Translations under genes and position numbers: made by a program
Part shown: positions 12,047 to 23,004 of the stretch, in pieces
How positions within the stretch are numbered: position 1 is the first letter of the stretch
How the letters are laid out: each line of letters begins with the position of its first letter
Notes under the pieces: model-generated
Database searches by the model: none
Seen by the model: the letters and a program-made list of their open reading frames with translations, nothing else
What the model was told of the DNA's origin: nothing
Origin: Lama glama
Taxonomy: Eukaryota
Assembly (NCBI GenBank): GCA_028534125.1
Contig: CM052817.1
Span: 85,128,001 to 85,192,000 of the forward strand
Direction: 5' to 3'
Length of the DNA stretch: 64,000 nt

Positions 12047-13190
12047 GTAAGAAAGTGCTTTTCTGTTCTGCGTTCCTTTCTACTTTGTACTAGAACTACC
12101 CTTATTAAATTATATACATTTTCAGATAACTCTTTGGAAAGCAAAATCTAAAGTCTTAACAAAGTTCATTCTGCTACAAACTTATTTTTTGTTTAATTAG
12201 GAGGTGCTTCTGACACGTTTGATCCAAAGCTCTCATTAAATCCCAGCAGGAAAAGCTTTAATGCCAATCATGCAGAAACTACGTGGTTTTGACAAATTCT
12301 TTTTAATGATATTGTAAAGAAATTAAAAGCACAGTTTCATGGCCAAGAAATGTAAATAAGATGAACTAATGTATACTTATGTAAACACGTATCATAAGAA
12401 TTAAATTAAAAATTGAACACCATGAAAATCATTTTTGTTAGTTATGTCCCTTGCACAAAAGAATTATATGTATTTTTTCTACCAAATGTTTATCACTGTT
12501 CATAGATATAAATTAGTTAATTCCTGTGATTTAAAACTCTTAATTAAACTTTAGGGTATTTTTTTCTTTTAAAGTTTAATATAAAGTGATAAAAATATAC
12601 ATATATACAAAGAAAAAGGTAATTATCTATAATATTGAAATTATAATGCATTTTCTTGGCTTTCATGTAAAAAAATATCATGGAATGAAATATTTATATC
12701 AAAACAGCAACACTTTCCTCCATCATTTATTTTATCATTTATATTTGTGGCCCAGTAATTAAATCTTGAGACATTTTTCTAGTTTATGTATGTAATTTGA
12801 GGAGTTTCAGATTTGCCTATTGCCTATTTCAATACTTGTCACTTTATGAATTGTGAGGTGGTATATTTACATGGAAAGAAAGTTGATGAGTCATTATGGT
12901 AAAGCCATAATTATGAACCATTAACTTATAAGTAGTAAGTATAAGTTACTCTTGAAAAACTTTAAGAATCTCTAATGTAGTTCAGATGAAAAGATTTTCT
13001 TTAGATGGAACTCTACTGTTCTCAGAGTTGCATTCTAGACTTGATGATCTGAAGTTTCTACTCTATAACACCATACGCTTTTTAATAGAACAGCAGGTGA
13101 AATCTATTATTTTTAATGATTGGCTTAGTTTAGCAGCTCTTAGAATTCAGTTACATGCTTTGAGAATTTATTTTAACTCTTTGTTTTCAG

Positions 13191-13318
13191 AGCCGTATTA
13201 AAATACAAGATTACTTCCCTCTAACAATGGAGTAAATTTTTGCTAAATAGAGATCAGGACAAAATTCTGGTTCCTTTCCTAAGAAAGGCATATGTTGGAT
13301 TTTCATTTGAGATTTCAG
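13191..13318 (+). other. Candidate internal exon (128 nt), probably non-coding
   Basis: Acceptor TTTTAACTCTTTGTTTTCAG| with branch-like TTTAAC; donor CAG|GTAATT. Confidence 0.4.
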
Positions 13319-14192
13319 GTAATTTTAAGTAGTGAATAACATCAAAAAGTGAACTGTAACGTGGAACTTGTATATACAAAATACTCCAAAACCTATATTC
13401 TGTTTCTAAGTAATTTGACCCATTGTATTCTAGCAGTGTGGAAATGCCACACAATTTTCTAAGATCAGGGAGTAGTTTAGGTGCTGATAACATTACTTTC
13501 TCAGAATCATTATGTGATATGATCATCTATTTCTGTATCAAATGAGTGAAAAATATAAAATAAAAAATCAAGCCTAACCAAAAAAAAAAAAAGTATTACA
13601 GCATTTCTCACAGAAGTACAAGTGGCCATGGAATCAGCACTGGAATTCATGTTGCTATTTATTTTCTCAAAATACTGACCTCTGCAGTCAAACTCCTAAT
13701 TCAGTGGAGAAACAGAAATTTCAGGTAGCTTAGTTCCCCAGGATATAGCTCCTAGCTGCCATTTGGTCTTACTGTATTCTACATGCTAGAAGAAAGGTTT
13801 TCATGATAATTGTTCCATTATCCTATATATTGGTTTCTTGGTCACTTACAAAATCTACATCAAAGACTGGCGAAAAATTGGTGGTGACAGCTTGTCAAGA
13901 GGTATTGTGGATTGCTTTATTGAACACTATCATTCATCTTTTTAAAAATTGTAAGTCATGGGGATTGATTTTTATAGTATATGACATTTAGCTTTATTTG
14001 GTCCATAGTGGAGCCTAAGAGAGAGCCCTTACTTGAAAACATGTATTATTAATTTTAAAGTGGATTGTGTAAGAAAGCAGAGATAAAATTGAGCAAATCA
14101 GTAGGTATTACTAAGGGGTAAAAAAGCAAGCAAACACCACCATCAGGATGTCATACCCTGAAGTTCTGGATTATTATCAAATGCTTAAGTTT

Positions 14193-14620
14193 TATATCAG
14201 TCAGGTTCCCAGGAGGGAATGGATTACATTGGCAAGTTGGGAATTTGAAGAGAGTTTGGTAAAAGTAATTATAAAGGGATAGCAAGTTATAGCAAAATTT
14301 AAGGGGATGGCTTAGTAATATGGGACACTGTTACTACCCTTAAACTAGAAAAGTAAGGGAAAGATGAAGTCGCAGGAATCAGGAGAGAGAGAACACCTTG
14401 ACAAGATCTGTGATCATCTTCAATTGAAGCACATAATAGGTGGTGAAAGAGTTGTGGGGATGGGTTCCACAATTTTCTTCCTCCCTCTGATCTTCTGCTG
14501 ATCTTCTTGGCTGGTTCCAACTAGTAGCCAGACAACAAGGAAGTTTTATTAAACAAGCAGGGTTTGCAAGGTTTGGAAAGCAGAGAGGTATGGGAAAACA
14601 TTCAACAAAGTCTATACACA
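14193..14620 (-). mobile_element. ERVL LTR33-like solo LTR
   Basis: TATATCAGTCAGGTTCCCAGGAGGG...GGGAATTTGAAGAGAGTTTGGTAAAAG...TGTTACTACCCTTAAACTAGAA resembles the recalled LTR33 reverse strand. Confidence 0.6.
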
Positions 14621-16579
14621 GTAATTTTTGATGGACTGGTTAAAATTGTTTCCATATTTTTAAACCAACTCTCATAGCCTCCAATACAAATATAACATGT
14701 CTTGATTTACAAGACAACTTACAATATATTATTGTATTAATCCCTTAAACTTCCTGTGGAATAGAAAGAAGGTAATGCTGATCTCATGTTACAAATGATT
14801 AAATGGACTAGCAAAAAACATATAGGTAGGAAGTGTTAGAACTTGGATTCAAAGTCACCTTCTACTTTTAAGCCTAGTGTATTATTTTTTATTAAATTTC
14901 AATTATTAAAAATATTTGAGAGTATTTATTTTCTTCCCATAAAACAGTAAATGATTTTTTTTTTTTTTGACAACCATAAGCATCTGCTCTCAGTCAACTG
15001 AGTGGTATATGAAGTCAAGTAACCATTTTGGTTAAACTATGTGAACATAATTGACTATTAATCAGTTAAGCTTATGGCTTATAGACTCAGTTTTAATAGT
15101 GTTAAACTAAAAGACAAAAGCAGTCTGGAATCCAAAAGAATCTCCTTCATCTTCTTGTATAATACTAGATAATTTATTTCTGAAATTGAGTCTAACTTAG
15201 TCATTAAATTATAGTTATGGTTACATTTTGAGGGAATTATTTAATTGTATATTTGTTTATTTATTCAGTTCTTCATAATACCTAAGTAATCTGTGTGAGT
15301 TAAGGCGAAATCCTTCACTGGTTGCATTAAAAGTTTGATGGCAGAGAGATGGTTTACCATTTTGGGCTGTCCTTGGTTAAGGCTACAGTTGATATTCATC
15401 ATCACAGGTGTTCTGCAGTCCCACAGTGTAATGACTCAACGTGATCTGGTGGACAGATTCCTTGATTACAAGTAAGAGCTGGATCCAATCTGAACTCTGA
15501 TACTAGCAAGTTGTGAGAATGTTATCATCTCACTCTATAAATCACACTTTTTGAAAAATATGGAGTGTAGTTTCGTGGTCTAAAGATCATTTTCCACCTC
15601 AACTGTTCTTTCATTTTAGAATTGTTTACTTGAGTACAAAATTTTGAATTTGTGTTAACATGGCAAGTGCTTCCTGTATATTGTTTAAAAACAAGTAAAA
15701 CAAACGTTAGTTCTAATCCCCACAATGTGAATTTGGGTCCAATAGTAATTAGTTTCTCTGTTTAGTGTTGATTAAAATGTACACTTTCATTGGTAGCAGT
15801 AGTATAAATGACTGCTAATTTGGTTTCTTTTCATTTTTTTTTCACTAACTTTAGCATATTTCCATGAAAGAGTAACTATACAGTGGCAAAGTAAAGGCCT
15901 AATGTTTCAACTTGGGTGTGTGAGTAAATATATGCAACTTTCTATATATCTTGGTAATTTAGAATACATATATTAGGTTTCAGTTAATCAAAATGCAAAG
16001 TAATGTTGAAAGGTTAATTCAATTACTAACTTATACTATGTTAGTTTAGTAAGGCATAGAAACAACATTAATAATTTAAAAAGTATATTGCTTATGAAAC
16101 TAAGCACTTTTGAATTGAGTTGGATTTCTAGGAGAGCACTGACCAAGAAGTCATCCTCTTAACACTTCTTCTTAGTATCTAATACATCTTAGTGTTAAAC
16201 ATTTTCCAAAAATATTTACTGATTTTGTTAATAGGTAAAATTTAGTTGCATGTAAATATCAAAAGTATTTAACTTAGTTTGCAGGATTATTTGTAATTAT
16301 TTGTAACTGGGTCACTCTTTAGAGAGTTATTATCCACGTAGATATGATAGAGATTGGGAAGCATTTCAAAGCAAAAAGGAAAGTGAATGAAGTTTTATTT
16401 CTACTTTAGCCTATGGAATATCCTCTCTGAAGAGGAATGGAGCTGTCCTAGCTGTCTGTGCTCATCATTTCTCATTTGGTTGGTTTTCTTTACGGAGCAA
16501 TCTTATCCTAAATCTCGAATTTTGTTTTCAAAGCTGTGTGGGAGAGACTCTTACCCCAGAGATCCCGAATACACGACTC

Positions 16580-16946
16580 AGGACTCTGACGTCTCTTCTT
16601 CATCTACCTTCAACTGCTCTTTTCAGGATCCTTCAAGCATATGCTTCTTCAAGCACACGCTTTCTTTCACAGTATGCCTTCTGCTGAGAGCATATTCCTC
16701 CCCTCTAGTCACACTTAAAACAATTTAATATTATTTTCTTTTGAAAGTTTTCCTGTAATATCCTGACCCCATCTGTGCCTTCCATTTTCTAGCCTACCCT
16801 CCATCCCAGGAGATAACTATTAGATAATTGTTATATTTGTGTTGGAGTCATCCTTAAAGTTAAGCTCCATGAGGGTATGGATTTTGTTAAATTTGCTGTC
16901 ATTCAGAATACTGCTTGATACTCATTGAATTTTTTTAAATGAATAA
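16580..16946 (+). mobile_element. LINE-2 3' fragment
   Basis: TAAGCTCCATGAGGGTATGGATTTTG...TTTAAATGAATAA L2 terminal signature. Confidence 0.6.
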
Positions 16947-17367
16947 GTGTTTGTCTCCTTTCCTTGAGGCTGTGCTCTGTTCTCTGTGGAGATATTTTCT
17001 TTTATGTATTATAGAGGTGTTAGGCTTGGAGGCTTTAGACAGATACTAGATGGTTTAAGTGAGTTGACCAGAAATAAATTTTCCTGGAGGTGTTTAAGAT
17101 TATGAAATACGTGAACTAGTTGTAAACCTGTATCATACTCCTAGTTAAAAAAAAGGAAAGAAAAGAAATGAAAAAAAAAACCCCTCAGAATTATTACGGG
17201 TCTAGAAACACCACAAATTGCATTGCAGTTTTGAGGAGACAGTTGTCTTATTTCTAATTATCTTTTTGAAATTCACCAAAGTGAAAATGCATGCTTAATA
17301 TACCCATGTAATACTTGAGTTTACAGATGAAATACTTGCTACAGCATTTATTCTTTTTTCCTCATAG

Positions 17368-17543
17368 ATTTCACACCCTTGCGAAAAATCCCGGGACAAG
17401 TGCTAAGTCATTTGATTTATTTAACTCTGAATTTCTTTGCTTTAGGATTATAAATCAGACTCTTATTGTCACTTTAATGCAGAAAGGGTTCCTTTGTGTT
17501 CACAATATAGATCAAGATGTGATTTAAGTTGAATCTTGTCAAG
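17368..17543 (+). other. Candidate exon with two in-frame alternative acceptors (17368 and 17446)
   Basis: Acceptors TTCTTTTTTCCTCATAG| and TTAACTCTGAATTTCTTTGCTTTAG| are 78 nt apart; donor AAG|GTAACT at 17543/17544. Confidence 0.4.
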
Positions 17544-18530
17544 GTAACTCCTTTTTAAACCATGGGAAGAGACTTGGCTGTAGCCCAAAACTAATGGGAG
17601 TCATATTTTATAATAAAAAGCAATATGTTAGTAATAGAGACTTTGCTCCTTCTTGCAGTCTCCACAAGCACAAATTCTTGTCAGTTTTCACAGCTAATGC
17701 ATTTTTTGTCAAGTCATAAGCACTTTTAAAAAGCCTCTACTTAATATTGTAGAAGACAGAAATTCTAATTTTCCAAAGGAAGCAGCGAAAATAGAGATCT
17801 TAGCCTGGAGGAATAAGATACAAGATGCCTGACTATCAAAGGAACCCCATTTTGAAAAGAGACCATCAGAGAGTAGAGTAGTGTGAATATAAAATTGAAC
17901 AAACTTTCAGATTGAACATAAAGGGGTCATATTGCCAGTACTTTTCCTCTTCCCCACATTTTATAAAGGGATCCTTCAACTGATCAAATGGAAAAATATG
18001 ACAAGAAGTAATTTATATTGTTCACATCTACTGTTTAATGACTCTTGGGAGAAATGAAAGCTAATTTCACTTGTGTTTGCATGTACTGCAGACACTCGTC
18101 ACACGTTGCTTATAGCTCTTGTAAGGCTACTTGTCTGTAATGTAGAGTAGGTATTGATGTGAACTATAGCAAAAGTTTCAGGAAAGGTACTTTAACTTTC
18201 AGCTTCTGTGACTGCCAGTGTGAGAAAGCCTAAGATATTATTATGTAAAATAAAGACCAGTGTAAGCAAATAAGTCAGTTGGGGGGAAGTCAGTTTAAAG
18301 TACTGATTATGTTAAGTCATCTTCCTAGGAATGGAAGTCAGTTTTATTTACTACATTTATAAATTTAATGAAAAGGAAAAGCTAATTCATTTTACAACTT
18401 TTACTTAAGGGAACTCACTTTCTTCTTCAATTTTTACATAGTATGTGAGATTTCCAAAGCTCTTATTTGCCTGTGAACTTCCCAGTTTTCAAAGAATTTC
18501 AGTATTTCAAGGACATTCATGTAGCTTTTT

Positions 18531-18935
18531 TTTTAACATTTTTTATTGATTTATAATCATTTTACAATGTTGTGTCAAATTCCAGTGTTCAGCACAATTT
18601 TTCAGTCATTCATGGACATATACACCCTCATTGTCACATTTTTTTCTCTGTGAGTTATCATAACATTTTGTGTATATTTCCCTGTGCTATACAGTGTAAT
18701 CTTGTTTATCTATTCTACAATTTTGAAATCCCAGTCTATCCCTTCCCACCCTCTACCCCCCTGGTAACCACAAGTCTGTATTCACTGTCCATGAGTCTTT
18801 AGATTCCACATATGAGCGATCTCATATGGTATTTTTCTTTCTCTTTCTGGCTTACTTCACTTAGAATGACATTCTCTAGGAGCATCCATGTTGCTGCAAA
18901 TGGCGTTATGTTGTCGGTTTTTATGGCTGAGTAGT
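18531..18935 (-). mobile_element. Young 5'-truncated LINE-1 (camelid-like 3' end)
   Basis: Perfect 16-bp TSD ATTCATGTAGCTTTTT (18515-18530, 18936-18951), TTTT/AA endonuclease site and poly-T. Encodes the ORF2 C-terminus EYYSAIKTDNITPFAATWMLLENVILSEVSQKEKEKYHMRSLICGI. Confidence 0.95.
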
Positions 18936-20124
18936 ATTCATGTAGCTTTTTAATCTTTAGTTTTGGATTATGCAGATCCATTATGTTCCCATTGTTACTC
19001 CTGTCTTCATGTGTTCCTCCTTCATGGAGGTGTCACAAGTGGAAGTGAATATATTCTTTGATGCCATTGTGGCTTCCTTCAAGAAGTATCAGTGGATTCG
19101 TAGATGTGATCTTTTTCCTTTGCTCTTATGTGCTCTGGAAGATATGTTATGACACAGATGTCTTTCTTTTTATTTTCTCCTTGATTTGTGTGATAATAAT
19201 GTTCTTTATTTACATGACCAAATTCCAAATGGCACTTAAGCTGCTTTAGACATTGTAATAAAATCTGTCACTTACCTTCTGTCATTTTGTTCTTCACAGA
19301 TTGGTTTGTAAGGTGTTCAAAGTGTTTTTAATCTGTTTTCCAGGTGAAAACCCTGAGGTTCAGAAAATTTAAGTAAATGGTAAAATCAGGATATTAATTT
19401 AGGTCTTGTGGGCTTTTCAGTCTCACAAAGTTAGCTCAAATTACTTTAAAGACAAAGTCACCAACTTTTCTTAGGATCATGAACTTAATAACTGAAGTAT
19501 CTCTAAGTATTAATAAGAGTAATAAGGATGAGTCCTCAAGAGAGAAAGTTAATTTCTACAAAAATGTGCACATGTGCGTTGTTATTTTTTCTTGTTATGA
19601 GAACCATTGTTCTCATAAAACATTATGGTAGAACTTGGAACTTTATCTTTTCACCCTACCTTTTCTTGAGCACAACTAGAGATTGTATTGAAGAAAATGT
19701 TGTTTTAGACAGAGTCTTGTATTTATAACCTGGTAAGAGACACATAGTTTCATTCACTGACAACCTGTTACTAGGACACATAATATCACTTTCCTTATCC
19801 TAGACTATTATATTCAGTGTCTTATTTAGGTCACTTCTATTGGAGTTAGTTGCTTATATTGCTTATATTAGTAATTTAAAATTATTTAATTTTTATATTC
19901 TATAATTCTTTAGACTGTTTTAAATTGACCATTTCTGTTCTTGAAATCAGCACCTATTATTAAAAATCATTGTGTTTTATGAAAAGAATGGTTTATTTTT
20001 GTTCATAGATGTTTGGTAATTTGGTGAATCACTTCATTTAGATCATTTAGTAAAATGAAAGAATATCATTCATTTCAGTTGTGTCTTGATTTAACCTGTC
20101 TTAACATGTATTTGTTGTCTTTTA

Positions 20125-21075
20125 ATATCCTCTCTAAATAATCTCATCCACTCCCAAGGACTCCTCTACCAGAAATAGGCTGAGAGCTGTTGAATTTCCA
20201 TCTCCAACCTAGAAACTGTCCTGATCTGCAAATTATATAGCCAGTGCCCTGCTAGATCTCTCTACTTAGATGTCTTAAAGACAACTTAGACTAATAGACT
20301 CATGACTCCTGCATTCCCAAACTAACCCCTCCTTCAGTTGTTTTCTATCTCATTCAGTGATAAAACGATGTATACAGTTTCTGAAGGCAGTGATTTCAGA
20401 ATCATCCTTCACTCCTCTCTTTCTCACTCCTCCTTCAGCTCTATCACCAAATATTATTGATCTAAACCCTTCTTCAATCTGTCACCTTTTTACTACCACT
20501 GCTATTGCTGTAGACCAGAGAACCACTGCCCTTTATTCCTGAGTCTAGAGATGGAGGCTTTTGGCCATGCTTCCTAATTTCTGTTACCTTTTACAGTAAG
20601 TTCCAAATGCTTAATACAGATAACAAGTTAATGTATTTTCTCTGCCCACTTCTTGAAGTTCATCTCTCATCCCCCTCCACTTCTACACCTGTGAATGCTT
20701 CAGATCAGTGGGACATCAGTTCGTTCTACGCGTGCTTGCTTTTTTCACATCCAGGCATTACAACCGGAAATTGCTTTTTCCAGAAGCTCCTCTTCTTCAC
20801 CACTACATCTGCACATACGTAAGTTTACATCATCCTTTATGTATTACCTAAGTTGTCACTTCCTTTGCTAATCTCCTCAGAGCAGATTAGGTGCCTCAGT
20901 AAATGATCTCTCTGCATCTCCTTTTATGACACTCATCAAAATTGTCATCATATGTTTATTGCCTGTCTTTCCCCTTAGAATTTAAATTTCATTAGGGCAT
21001 AGACCATTTTATTTCCTCTGCTGAATTCCTTATATCTGTCATAGGACACTCACTGACAAAGAGTGAATGCAATGA
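20125..21075 (+). mobile_element. LINE-2, degenerate
   Basis: ATCTCATCCACTCCCA...ATCTCTCTACTTAGATGTCT...TTAGAATTTAAATTTCATTAGGGCATAGACC...GAGTGAATG L2 motifs. Confidence 0.75.
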
Positions 21076-22369
21076 GCGTATGAGCATTTACTGAGGAAAT
21101 GAATATCATTTTGATTCTTGATTATTTGCCCACAATGCTGTCCATTTCTGAAACCATCAGCCATCTACTTTGTGGACAAATATATATTTACACATTTATA
21201 TTTAAGTCCTAGTACAGTATAGAATCTAGCGAAGGCCTAAAACTTTCCTTTACCTTGGGTCAATTAGGAGCCTTCTTTTGATCCTGCCATTCAGTTAGTG
21301 AGAAATTTGACTTTCAAGAATTGGGACTTTTCTAAAAAGGAAATTTTATTTCCTTGGTAGTAAGCTTACACTTTAAAAATTATTTGCCAAATATTATTAA
21401 AATTCATGAAATTAGATTGGACAGGAAATATCTAAAACCTGAAGATTTTAGAAATCAAATCACGGATTTTAAACCTCATAAATTGAGGTCACATCTGCAT
21501 AGCCCACACTGATTCCGCTTAGTGTTTTTTATTTTTATTATTTGACAAATGACAGTAGATGTATAAGTAAGACATATCCAGAACAAGTCAGAAATTATTA
21601 CATTTGAAAGGTTTAATTGCATTCCTTGGAGATTTTCATCTTGTGTGAATTAAATAAAAATGTACGTTTTCATATTATGAAACTATGTTTTGTTATTTTC
21701 TGTGATTTTATCAAGTATACCCTGAATTCTAATCTTCATTCTGTCATAAAGTTACATTTTATGAATCTACCAATTACAAATCATCTTGAGATCTTTAATT
21801 GCCACATAATGTTCAGAAAGGAGAGTGCCATTGACCATTTCCTTTCAAAAATGAGTGTGACATTGCATCATAAACTCTAGAGCACATACAGTGATCTGTA
21901 ACTCATAACTACTCTGACTCTGACAAAGCTAGTGGCCTTGGGAGAGGAAAAATTCATCACTAAATTCATATTTATACAATCCTAATTTTAAAGAGTAACA
22001 GTGACTAGGGTACTCTCAATTTCAAAATACTAATGGATTTCCTTAGATGATAAATATTTTAAAATTATTAAATTTTCAAAATAGAAATGAATGAATATGA
22101 CAAAGCTTACTAACTTGCTCCAGTATCAGTTCTCACACTACTCTTCTTCCATACTTGTTTCATAAGGTCCATGGAAGTCCATGTGGAGAGTATACTTCTC
22201 AGCTTCTTGTCTGTCATAAAGACAAGTCTCATGCCAGTTTCTTAAGGCAACACTGCTTCCTCTCTGTTTCTTCTCTTCTTTCTTGGGGTTGATAGAGTAA
22301 GTTAGCTTCAAACTTGTAGATAGGACAATAGGAGGGCAAAGTAAAAAGTCAGAAGAAACCTGGGTTCTT

Positions 22370-23004
22370 CCCCAGTATTCCAACTCATAGGCATATATCC
22401 AGAAGGAACCCTACTTCAAAAAGACACCTGCGCCCCAATGTTCATAACAGCACTATTTACAATAGACAAGACATGGAAACAGCCTAAATGTCCATCAACA
22501 GATGGCTGGATAAAGAAGATGTGGTATATTTATACAATGGAATACTATTCAGTCATAAAAACTGGCAACATAACGCCATTTGCAGCAACATGGATTTTCC
22601 TGGAGAATGTGATTCTAAGTGAAGTAAGCCAGAAAGAAAAAGAAAAATACCATATGAGATCGCTCATATGTGGAATTTAAAAAAAAAAAAGTAAAGTACA
22701 AAACAGAAACAGACTCATAGACATAGAATACAAACTTGTGGTTGCCAAGACAGGGTGGTGGGAAGGGATAGACTAGGAGTTCAAAATTTGTAGATACTGA
22801 CAGGCATATGTAGAATAGATAAACAAGATTATACCGTATCTCTCAGGGAAATATATACAAGATCTTGTGGTAGCTCACAGCAAAAAAAAAAATGTGGCAA
22901 TGAATATATGTATGTTCATGTATAACAGAAATTGTGCTCTACACTGGAATTTGACACAACATTGTAAAATGACTATAACTCAAGAAAAAAATTAAAAAAA
23001 AAAA
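22370..23004 (+). mobile_element. Young 5'-truncated LINE-1, inserted in an MLT1-like LTR remnant
   Basis: TSD AGAAGAAACCTGGGT[T/C]CTT (22351-22369, 23005-23023), poly-A tail, and an open ORF2 C-terminus (ORF 22438-22680, MFITALFTIDKTWKQPKCPST...). Confidence 0.95.

Noticed and set aside
11600..12050. Assigning a gene symbol to the promoter
   Set aside because: I do not recognise the exon or peptide, so any name would be a guess.
22438..22680. Clean 80-aa ORF with a near-duplicate at 18799-18981
   Set aside because: L1 ORF2 C-terminus in truncated, promoterless copies.
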